Virus record (IMG/VR): IMGVR_UViG_3300034980_000132
Location: 2,977 to 66,976 of that record
DNA length: 64,000 nt
Source: a virus
Direction: 5' to 3' (one strand)
Under the pieces are notes generated by a model, which did not search any database, was not told the DNA's origin, and saw only the letters and a program-made list of their open reading frames with translations. Below are positions 9,464 through 17,159 of this stretch, in pieces. The translations under genes were made by a program, and so were the position numbers. The stretch's first letter is position 1. Every line of letters begins with the position of its first letter.

Positions 9464-10024
9464 ATGGACATACAGACAGACTCCACCCAGATTGAAATGT
9501 TTGACGGTAACCGATGGCCGGGAGAGATGCCGAGCATCGAAGCAGTGGCACACAGCCTAGCCATGACATGCAGGTTCGGAGGACACACCAGAGGGTTCTA
9601 CAGCGTGGCGGAGCACAGCGTTCTAGTAAGTGAGGCTATTGAGCGAGACTTCGATGACCCAGGGTTGATATTTTCGGGCCTGATGCACGATGCCGTGGAG
9701 GCGGTACTGTGCGACATGCCTAGACCCCTTAAGCCAATGTTTGCGTCGTTCGTGGCCATGGAGGCAGAGGTCGAGACCCAGATCATGAACCACTTCGGAG
9801 CCAACTGGGATGAAGACACACAAAAAATCGTTAAGCTGTATGACAGGTCCGCCTGTATGGCAGAAGCCCGCGAGCTTATGCCCTCAGGTGGAGCGGACTA
9901 TGACATCGCGTCGAACCCGAGCGCGGTTCGGATCGCCGAAGGAATCACGGTGGGCTGTTTGGAGCCAGGGCGGGCGAAGGAACTATTCCTTAACCGGTAC
10001 AAGGAGACCAGAGCGAAACTTTGA
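9464..10024 (+). CDS. HD-domain phosphohydrolase (YfbR/YfdR-like 5'-deoxynucleotidase)
   Basis: AHSLA..CRFGGH..YSVAEHS, LMHDAVEA..D.PRPLK; start 9464 or 9416. Confidence 0.85.
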   Translation: MDIQTDSTQIEMFDGNRWPGEMPSIEAVAHSLAMTCRFGGHTRGFYSVAEHSVLVSEAIERDFDDPGLIFSGLMHDAVEAVLCDMPRPLKPMFASFVAMEAEVETQIMNHFGANWDEDTQKIVKLYDRSACMAEARELMPSGGADYDIASNPSAVRIAEGITVGCLEPGRAKELFLNRYKETRAKL

Positions 10025-10058
10025 CCCGAATCAATGAACTCTAAAGAAAGGTAAGACT

Positions 10059-10289
10059 GTGAGAAACATTATCGACTTGGTTGCTGGATTGCTGCTGGCT
10101 ATTATCCCCGAGGGATACGCCACCAACTTGGTGTCGCTAGCGTCAATCGGCTTTGGTGTCAGCGGGCTGGTCCTGCACTACCTTGGCCAAGGGGGGCTCG
10201 ACCCCGCCGCGGCTACCGCCCTCATCCTGGCTGGACTCGGTGGTCTTGGCCTGCGTAGGGCAGTTGAGAGCAATGGACGAAGACGTTGA
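10059..10289 (+). CDS. Small membrane protein, holin-like
   Basis: 76 aa with 2-3 hydrophobic helices and a basic C-terminus (GLGLRRAV). Confidence 0.5.
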   Translation: MRNIIDLVAGLLLAIIPEGYATNLVSLASIGFGVSGLVLHYLGQGGLDPAAATALILAGLGGLGLRRAVESNGRRR

Positions 10290-10306
10290 CCACTGGAGTA
10301 CACACC

Positions 10307-12571
10307 ATGCAGTTTCCCCCGATAAGCCTCAAGGGTAAGGAATACACGTTCACTCTGTGGAACGGTGAGGTACTTCCGGACAAGGTTCTGGCGTTGGATA
10401 CCGAGACCGAGCTGATCCAAGAGGGGGTTACACCTCGGTTGGCTTTAGCGGCAGTGCATGGAAGCGCGGGGAGCTGCGTGGTTATTCATCCAGGTGACGT
10501 GTTTGACTTCGTGACCGAGCACCAAGACAGCACGTTTGTGTGCCACAACGCGGTGTTCGACTTCCACGTTATAGCACAGCACCTGGGTCACGGGGACGTA
10601 GTTCAATCGGATAGAGCATCGGCCTGTCGAGCCGAAAGTTGCGGGTTCGAGTCCCGTCGTCCTCGCTCTGTGTGGTGGGACAGGGCCAAGGAGGGCAGAA
10701 TCCACTGCACCATGCTGTTCAACTCACTCATCGGGTTAGCCCGCAACGACGAGGACCCTATCAACAAGGGTCTCGGCATGCTGTCATCCAGGTGGTGCGG
10801 CGTGGACCTCAATAAGGACGACCCCTGGAGGCTGCGGTACGGGGAGCTGCTTGGATTAACCGTGGAGGAGTGGGAGGACGTGGACCCGGCAGCCTGGAGG
10901 TACGCACTGGCTGACCCCATAGCCACGCTTATGCTGTACCAAGAGCAGGTCAAGGCAGCCAGCCGGATGGGACGCCGAGGGTTCGATGGATACCAGTTAC
11001 CCAAGGCCGTAGAGCGGTTCGGGCTGCTGACGGTGGGCTTGCAAACGCAGGGTGCCATAGCCCTTGATGCGGTTAGCCGTAGGGGCGTGAGCATTGACTC
11101 TGAGTACGCCGAGCAGGTAAAGGAGGACATAGCTTCATTGGTGGCTGGCGAGGCGAGGTCCATGGAGGAGATGCTGGGCACCGAGGCCTTCCACCGAAAC
11201 GCGGCTGGAGCCCTGAGCCTCACACCCGCTGGTGCCCCACGCCGCAACGCCAAGCTGATCAAGGGCAGGCTGGCACACATAGCCGAGCACACTAGCCCAC
11301 CCATCATACCGCCGATCAACAAGGACGGGCTGGTCACCGATTCAGTGAAGTACTGGCAGGAGTACACCGACGCTGACCCGTTCGTGGAGACGTACGTCAA
11401 CTTCATGTCGCAGACTAAACTGCTGCAATTCTTTAAGGCACTCAAGACCGACAGGATCTACCCGAGGTACCGACCGATGGTACGAACGGGACGCACCAGT
11501 TGCAGCAAGCCCAACCTACAGCAGCTGCCGCGGGACAGCAGGTTCCGAGAGATGATACTGCCGTCACCTGGGTGCTTGCTGTTGCAGGTGGACTACAGTG
11601 TGCTTGAGCTTCGGACGCTGGCACAGGTGTGCATATCCAGGTTCGGGGAGAGTCGCATGGCTGAGCTGTTCAGAGAGGGCAAGGACCTTCACAGGTACAC
11701 CGCAGCCACCATGTTAGGACTGACCATGGGGGACTTCGGTCTGTTGGACAAGGGCGTGCAGAAAGAGCACAGGCAGCGGGCCAAGGCCCTGAACTTCGGC
11801 GTACCGGGTGGCCTGGGTGCCAAGAGCCTGTCGGAGTACGCCAAGACAGCGTTCGGGGTGACCATCGACCAGGACGACGCCAAGAAGCTACGCAACCAGC
11901 TGATCTACGGCACCTACCCTGAGCTTGGTCGGTACCTCAAGGGTGACAGCTGGGACAACCTAGCCGACAACCTGCACTGTTCGGTCGAAGAGGTGAACGA
12001 GAACCTGAGGGACTGGGACGCATGGATGGACGCTAACCGGATCGTGGCTGGCCAACCTGCCAACCGCAAGGACAAGCCGTACCACCCAGCCGAGAGGGAT
12101 CGTCTGTGGAAGGCGCTGTCCAAGATGAACGACAACCCACAGCTGATCGACATACTGTCGCAGCGGCAGACCGGCATGCACGCCCTGCGTAAGATATTCT
12201 TCGGTCACACCCGCACGTTGACGGGTCGAATACGTGGGCACGTCAGCTACACCCGCCAGAAGAACAGCCCGTTCCAGGGGCTGGCAGCCGACGGCAACAA
12301 GCTGGCTCTGTTCAACCTAGTGCATGCAGGGTACGACGTTTGCGGGTTCGTGCATGACGAGGCCCTCATCAACATCCCCGAGGACTGCGACCTGACCGCA
12401 GCGGTAGAGGATGTCCAGCGGATCATGCGAGAGTCCATGGAGGTGTTCACACCAGACGTCCCCATCGAGACATCCGGCCTGCTGGCTGACCGCTGGTACA
12501 AAGACGTAGACGCTAACGAGTACGACGACCAAGGCAACATAATTCCATTCTCCAAGGGAGTGCTGACATGA
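10307..12571 (+). CDS. polA: Family A DNA polymerase with 3'-5' exonuclease domain, carrying an in-frame tRNA
   Basis: ExoI ALDTET, ExoII HNAVFD, ExoIII YALAD; TGRTSC.KPNLQQLPR, motif A VDYSVLELR, motif B RQRAKALNFG, motif C FVHDE; ATG 10307 after GGAG. Confidence 0.95.
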   Translation: MQFPPISLKGKEYTFTLWNGEVLPDKVLALDTETELIQEGVTPRLALAAVHGSAGSCVVIHPGDVFDFVTEHQDSTFVCHNAVFDFHVIAQHLGHGDVVQSDRASACRAESCGFESRRPRSVWWDRAKEGRIHCTMLFNSLIGLARNDEDPINKGLGMLSSRWCGVDLNKDDPWRLRYGELLGLTVEEWEDVDPAAWRYALADPIATLMLYQEQVKAASRMGRRGFDGYQLPKAVERFGLLTVGLQTQGAIALDAVSRRGVSIDSEYAEQVKEDIASLVAGEARSMEEMLGTEAFHRNAAGALSLTPAGAPRRNAKLIKGRLAHIAEHTSPPIIPPINKDGLVTDSVKYWQEYTDADPFVETYVNFMSQTKLLQFFKALKTDRIYPRYRPMVRTGRTSCSKPNLQQLPRDSRFREMILPSPGCLLLQVDYSVLELRTLAQVCISRFGESRMAELFREGKDLHRYTAATMLGLTMGDFGLLDKGVQKEHRQRAKALNFGVPGGLGAKSLSEYAKTAFGVTIDQDDAKKLRNQLIYGTYPELGRYLKGDSWDNLADNLHCSVEEVNENLRDWDAWMDANRIVAGQPANRKDKPYHPAERDRLWKALSKMNDNPQLIDILSQRQTGMHALRKIFFGHTRTLTGRIRGHVSYTRQKNSPFQGLAADGNKLALFNLVHAGYDVCGFVHDEALINIPEDCDLTAAVEDVQRIMRESMEVFTPDVPIETSGLLADRWYKDVDANEYDDQGNIIPFSKGVLT
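10592..10665 (+). tRNA. tRNA-Asp (anticodon GTC), embedded in frame within polA; no encoded CCA
   Basis: Acceptor GGGGACG/CGTCCTC, U8A9, D stem GTTC/GAGC with GG in the loop, anticodon stem TCGGC/GCCGA with loop CT-GTC-GA, 5-nt variable loop, T arm GCGGG-TTCGAGT-CCCGT, discriminator G73. Confidence 0.9.
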
Positions 12572-13617
12572 GCGATTTCCAGCTGCCACCCATCACGATC
12601 CACGAACGACACGCTGCGGGTGTGCTCAGCCAAGCCGACCCGTACTGGACGTCAGACTACGGCATCCGGGAGGTACACGAGAAAGGTGTCACCGGACAGA
12701 ACGTGAGGGTGGGAATCATAGACACAGGGATTGACGAACTACACTCTAAGCAGGACGGACAGCTGCACCACGCCATGGTCAAGGCTAAGGACTTCACCAA
12801 CTCACGGCACGGTTACTGGGACACACACGGACATGGCACACACGTCGCCGGTGTCGTGGCCGCACAGAACCACAGCATCGCCAACGGGGTCGGCCTGTAC
12901 ATAGCCAAGGGGCTAGGGGACGACGGGTCAGGCTCCAACTACTCCATCGCCAACGCCATAAACTGGCTGGTGGACGAAGAGGTGGACGTCATCAACATGA
13001 GCCTGGGGTCCAGCCGACGGAGCCGGATCATAGGCGAGGCTATCGAGCGGGCGGCACTAAAGGGCATCATCACCTTGGCAGCTGCGGGCAACGACTCCGG
13101 AGTCATAGGCTGGCCAGCCATGGAGAACTCAGCGTTCAGCGTGGGTGCCATCAACAAAAACAAGGACCTCGCTGGGTTCTCGAACTTCGGCCCCAACCTG
13201 GACGGCGTGAGCCCTGGTGTACGGATACGAAGCCTGTACTCCAATGGAGGGTACGCGGTACTGAGCGGCACCAGCATGGCCACCCCGTGGATGACAGGGA
13301 TGGTGGCACTACGCATCGAAGCGGAACGCCAAGCTGAGGTACAGATTGTGGACACGGTCCACGCGCTACGGTCACACCTACAGGTAACCGCGGAGGACCT
13401 GGGTCCTGCGGGCCGCGACCCCAGGTATGGGTACGGAGTCCCAGACACTAACCGATTTCTGCACACAGAAGAACACTCGGAGGAAATACCCGATGAAGAC
13501 AAAGACGAGAACCGGCAGAGTGTTGACCTCATGGGCTTCAGTTTTGCTAGCCCTCCTGACGTGGGGCACGATCTGTCAGTCAAGCTCCCGCGGGGCAACT
13601 CCCTGGGAGGCAGTTGA
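12568..13617 (+). CDS. Subtilisin-like S8 serine peptidase
   Basis: Triad GIIDTG / HGHGTHVAG / SGTSMATP, oxyanion AAAGN; no signal peptide; ATGA-coupled to polA. Confidence 0.93.
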   Translation: MSDFQLPPITIHERHAAGVLSQADPYWTSDYGIREVHEKGVTGQNVRVGIIDTGIDELHSKQDGQLHHAMVKAKDFTNSRHGYWDTHGHGTHVAGVVAAQNHSIANGVGLYIAKGLGDDGSGSNYSIANAINWLVDEEVDVINMSLGSSRRSRIIGEAIERAALKGIITLAAAGNDSGVIGWPAMENSAFSVGAINKNKDLAGFSNFGPNLDGVSPGVRIRSLYSNGGYAVLSGTSMATPWMTGMVALRIEAERQAEVQIVDTVHALRSHLQVTAEDLGPAGRDPRYGYGVPDTNRFLHTEEHSEEIPDEDKDENRQSVDLMGFSFASPPDVGHDLSVKLPRGNSLGGS

Positions 13618-15220
13618 CCAAGCGTTAGCTGACCTCGGAGCCACGGACCCTGCCACCACCCGGTGGGTATGGGTCAAGAGCCCCGACATCGTACCGGATC
13701 TTAGGGTGGCCATCAACTTCGGTGCCAACCGCGGGGTCACGCTGACCGACGTCATCATGGTGGACGAGCAGCTGGCTCGGGTGGACTTCCTCAGGCTGGC
13801 CGACAACGAGAACGACGTGCGGGACCTGCTGGATGCGTGGGAGTTACTCGTCAACGACGAACCGTACTTCTTATCGAACGACGTGGTCACCGAGGAGACC
13901 AAGGTCAAGGTGCCAGTGGAACCGTACACCGCACGCGACGGTGAGGAGTACGACTTCCGGTGGGAGCGTACCACCAAGACCCTTCGACCCTTCGGCCCGC
14001 ACGTCAACGAGCAGGCAGTTGAGCTGCAAGCACAGACTGGTTCGGCGGTCCCCATTGTGGAGGCCCGCTTCCTGATTCACCACTTACTAGCTAACGAAGG
14101 CGGAGGACTGTACTATGAATTCCAAGGGATCAAAGAGTCTAATAACGAGAAACAAGATGATCTTACTTTTTTTCTTGCTTCTTACGGCCTCGATCTTAGC
14201 GTTGTCGAACTACTTAGGTCCGATCAGAAATGGGCCACTCTTAGATCAGGAATCACCGGCAGGCCGCGTGCCGTACTCATCGTACCGCATCTCCGGTCCC
14301 GCCCTACGGTAAACCAGGGGAACGTGTACATCACCCTCGACTCATTCTACGGTGACAAGGCAGCCGAGCTGCACCCCATACTCAACCTTGTGGAGTCCAG
14401 GTACCGAGCCATCGAGCTGATCGCTGAGGAACCGTCGGGGCTCCTTCGGTTCGCACTGTTCGGTGGCAACGCTGACGAGAACGGGGACCTACTGGAGGCC
14501 AACGAGCAGCACAAGCTACAGCGGTCTGCTCCCAGGTTCGTGGTCACCGACACCACCGTACCGCCGCCACACCCCGCTATCCTTGAGCCAGCCATCAGCT
14601 GCATCAGGTGCCACGCTACCGGCGAGGGCTGGCGTGAGCTAGACGACACCTACTCTGTCACCCGGCTGCTACGGTCCAGGGTGGACGTGTTTGGGGACCA
14701 GGACGACGGGTTCCCAGACTTCGAGACCATCAACCGGGTCGCTGGCCTGTACACCGGGGACTTCGACAAGCTGCTGGACCGTGCCCGTGAGGACCTCGGT
14801 GGCTCGATGGCCATGCTGCACCCCAAGCCCATACTACTGGGAGACGGAACGCCCGTGCCCGTGGAGTCCGGTTCCATACTAGACGGTGACGCCACCAGCC
14901 AAGCGTGGGATTCCGTGGGTCAGGCCCACCGGGAGTACTGGTACGCCATGGTGGACATCCCAGAGATAGCCGCCGACATGGGGTATGTGGCCAAGGATGA
15001 CCTGGAGGCCAGGGGTTTCCTAATCTCCAACCTCCGGCCCCTGCCCCCAGATCAGTTTGGAATCCGGCCAGAGGACCCAAGAATTGCTGCAATTTTAGAC
15101 GGGACCCCTATAAACAGGCTGGATTACGAGGCTGTGTTCCTGGACGTGGCACACCGGATACGGTATAATGTGGGATTAGGCATGGTATCCACCGAAGAGG
15201 TGACCGACCCCCCACAATGA
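13493..15220 (+). CDS. Exported protein with a single CxxCH heme-c motif
   Basis: GGAGG RBS, signal-peptide-like MKTKTRTGRVLTSWASVLLALLTWG; SCIRCH at 14597-14614. Confidence 0.75.
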   Translation: MKTKTRTGRVLTSWASVLLALLTWGTICQSSSRGATPWEAVDQALADLGATDPATTRWVWVKSPDIVPDLRVAINFGANRGVTLTDVIMVDEQLARVDFLRLADNENDVRDLLDAWELLVNDEPYFLSNDVVTEETKVKVPVEPYTARDGEEYDFRWERTTKTLRPFGPHVNEQAVELQAQTGSAVPIVEARFLIHHLLANEGGGLYYEFQGIKESNNEKQDDLTFFLASYGLDLSVVELLRSDQKWATLRSGITGRPRAVLIVPHLRSRPTVNQGNVYITLDSFYGDKAAELHPILNLVESRYRAIELIAEEPSGLLRFALFGGNADENGDLLEANEQHKLQRSAPRFVVTDTTVPPPHPAILEPAISCIRCHATGEGWRELDDTYSVTRLLRSRVDVFGDQDDGFPDFETINRVAGLYTGDFDKLLDRAREDLGGSMAMLHPKPILLGDGTPVPVESGSILDGDATSQAWDSVGQAHREYWYAMVDIPEIAADMGYVAKDDLEARGFLISNLRPLPPDQFGIRPEDPRIAAILDGTPINRLDYEAVFLDVAHRIRYNVGLGMVSTEEVTDPPQ

Positions 15221-15234
15221 CCAAGAGGTGCGAC

Positions 15235-16170
15235 ATGATCAAGTGGCTACAGTATCTGTGTTTTGTTGGTTTCTTCCTCTTTTTTACCAGTGGTGCAACA
15301 GCTGGGCCCGTTTCAAATGCCGGTTACGAGCTGGGTCCCGACGGGCTGTGGTACCGCGGTGGTATCGGGTACGAGCGTTACTTGAGCACAGCGGTGGACG
15401 AGTTTGGCGAAGAGTACGCCGCGTGGCGTTACCGTGGAGTCGCTGAGTCTATCACCGCTAACACACCGGACTGGCGTGCCAAGCTGCTGGAGATTGTCGA
15501 GCGAGACCGGCTGGAGGCCGCACGCATCGAGCGAGAGCAGGCAGAGGCCACAGCTTTCCAGCGAGCCCTTGAGCTACTGCAACCGCAGGCCTACTCCGAC
15601 GGGTACGGCCAGGGGCAGGGCGGTTACGGTCTCGGAGGGTACGGTGACGGAGGTTACGGCGGGTACGTCCCCAACGCTGACCAGGGCACAACGGTGTTTG
15701 GGTACAGCGGCAACAGCTACTCGATGATCGCTCAGCTGTACGACCGCAACGTGCCACTGGTGCTGGCGCACTCACTGGCCGCTGCACAATCGCGTAGCGA
15801 CAAGCTGTCGTCCAAGCTGGCAGACAAGCAGTCTAGTCTGCTGGACAACTACGCCGAGATACTCAGGATTATTGCGGGAGATGCCCCGGCCACGGACCCG
15901 GTACCTGAGCAGCCTCCACGGCAGACACCCCAGGACGACCAGCTCACCGCCCTGGAGGTAATCAGCAGCAGGTGTGCCGAGTGCCACAACGCTGCCAAGA
16001 GATCCGGCAAGGGTTCGGATCTGTTCCCCGACGGGCTAGACTTGACCAAGTGGGCGGACTACACGCTAGACGAGCGTGCGTTCGTTAGAGACGTTGTTGA
16101 CTCGGGGCGTATGCCACCGGGCCATGATCCCCTCACCGAGGCCGAAAGACTGGCCTTCCACTTACCATAA
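15235..16170 (+). CDS. Exported protein with a C-terminal Planctomycete-type cytochrome c domain
   Basis: Signal peptide ending ATA; Gly/Tyr-rich linker; RCAECH..GLDL..GRMPP..LTEAE class I cytochrome c pattern with a candidate axial Met. Confidence 0.8.
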   Translation: MIKWLQYLCFVGFFLFFTSGATAGPVSNAGYELGPDGLWYRGGIGYERYLSTAVDEFGEEYAAWRYRGVAESITANTPDWRAKLLEIVERDRLEAARIEREQAEATAFQRALELLQPQAYSDGYGQGQGGYGLGGYGDGGYGGYVPNADQGTTVFGYSGNSYSMIAQLYDRNVPLVLAHSLAAAQSRSDKLSSKLADKQSSLLDNYAEILRIIAGDAPATDPVPEQPPRQTPQDDQLTALEVISSRCAECHNAAKRSGKGSDLFPDGLDLTKWADYTLDERAFVRDVVDSGRMPPGHDPLTEAERLAFHLP

Positions 16171-16180
16171 GGTACAGAAC

Positions 16181-16552
16181 ATGAAGTACATCGTGACCTC
16201 CCTCGTACTGTTTGTGGCGCTGTTGTTTGCCGACTCGGCACACGCCACCAATTTCTTTCGCGGCAACCGAGGATTCAACCGCGGCTTCAACGTACAGCTC
16301 GGGCTGTTCGGCTTCCAGAACCGACAGCGGTTCCAGTCGTTCGTCAACCGCAACGGCGACATCGTGACCGTCAACCAGTTTGGAAACGTGGTAGACATCC
16401 AACGAAGGTTCAACCGGTTTGACAGGTTCAACAATTTCAATCGGTTCAACAACTTCAACCGAAACTTCAACAACAACCGATTCAACCGTTTCAACAACTT
16501 CAATCGTGGACGGTTCATCAGAATTAACGGAGTGTTAGTACGCATCCGATGA
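16181..16552 (+). CDS. Secreted Asn/Phe/Arg-rich low-complexity repeat protein
   Basis: Signal peptide MKYIVTSLVLFVALLFADSAHA; FNRFNN-type repeats. Confidence 0.75.
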   Translation: MKYIVTSLVLFVALLFADSAHATNFFRGNRGFNRGFNVQLGLFGFQNRQRFQSFVNRNGDIVTVNQFGNVVDIQRRFNRFDRFNNFNRFNNFNRNFNNNRFNRFNNFNRGRFIRINGVLVRIR

Positions 16553-16824
16553 ACAAACCTAGACCGTCAACCTACTATGACGCGGCCCTCAAAATGACCG
16601 AAGGTGGGTGCCCAGCCGCTGTGGTTGAGCACGCCACCGGGATGTCATGGGCCAAACTGGTCAGCCGGTTCCCCGACGCACGACGTGACGAGGGATACCC
16701 TAGCATCCCCAACAAACTCTACTGCGGTCGCTGCCGCTGTCACGTCAACCGGGTGCCGTGTGTCAAGTGCGACATGGTTAATGGGAACGGCTTTGATCGC
16801 CTTGAGATCCCAGCGGGGTCCTAA
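16549..16824 (+). CDS. Hypothetical protein with CxxC..CxxC zinc ribbon
   Basis: YCGRC..VPCVKC; ATGA overlap. Confidence 0.6.
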   Translation: MNKPRPSTYYDAALKMTEGGCPAAVVEHATGMSWAKLVSRFPDARRDEGYPSIPNKLYCGRCRCHVNRVPCVKCDMVNGNGFDRLEIPAGS

Positions 16825-17056
16825 GCTCGTCGGCCACCTGCTTGGTGAACATCGACGCGAACCGTGCCCTCGGCCTCCCTGCGTTGGGCTTTTTTCTCCG
16901 CAGCATCTTGCGGTTCACCAGCTCCACGTCCGTGGCCTTGCCGGATCTTATCAGCCTGCGTGCCGACTCATAGCAGGCCCGGCACAGCCCGCGGTGCTTC
17001 TCCTGCTTGGTGCATCCCCTGATCATGCAGTTGAGTTTCTTATTTTTTCTTGGCAT
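16778..17056 (-). CDS. Basic zinc-finger hypothetical protein
   Basis: C..GC...RGLC..CY motif; GGAGG RBS. Confidence 0.65.
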   Translation of the reverse strand: MPRKNKKLNCMIRGCTKQEKHRGLCRACYESARRLIRSGKATDVELVNRKMLRRKKPNAGRPRARFASMFTKQVADELRTPLGSQGDQSRSH

Positions 17057-17159
17057 TCTTGACCCTCCTTTTTATCTTGAAGATGCGAGTCCAGCCCTCC
17101 TTGTACTTTTTTGGGTTCGACCTGTTACGGTCTCCCTTTCCGTTCTGTATCTCAGACAT
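17040..17159 (-). CDS. Small basic phage peptide (39 aa, not in ORF track)
   Basis: MSEIQNGKGDRNRSNPKKYKEGWTRIF..; GKGD..R..Y..W.RIF pattern recalled from small phage proteins. Confidence 0.55.
   Translation of the reverse strand: MSEIQNGKGDRNRSNPKKYKEGWTRIFKIKRRVKNAKKK

Noticed and set aside
10592-10666. Intron or intein explanation for the polA insert
   Set aside because: Only 75 nt, with no group I/II core and no intein C/S...HN termini; the tRNA cloverleaf explains every base.
9464-12571. Z-genome (DatZ/DpoZ/PurZ) system suggested by an HD hydrolase next to PolA
   Set aside because: No PurZ/adenylosuccinate synthetase-like gene in the window, and the HD protein looks like the common YfbR/YfdR type.
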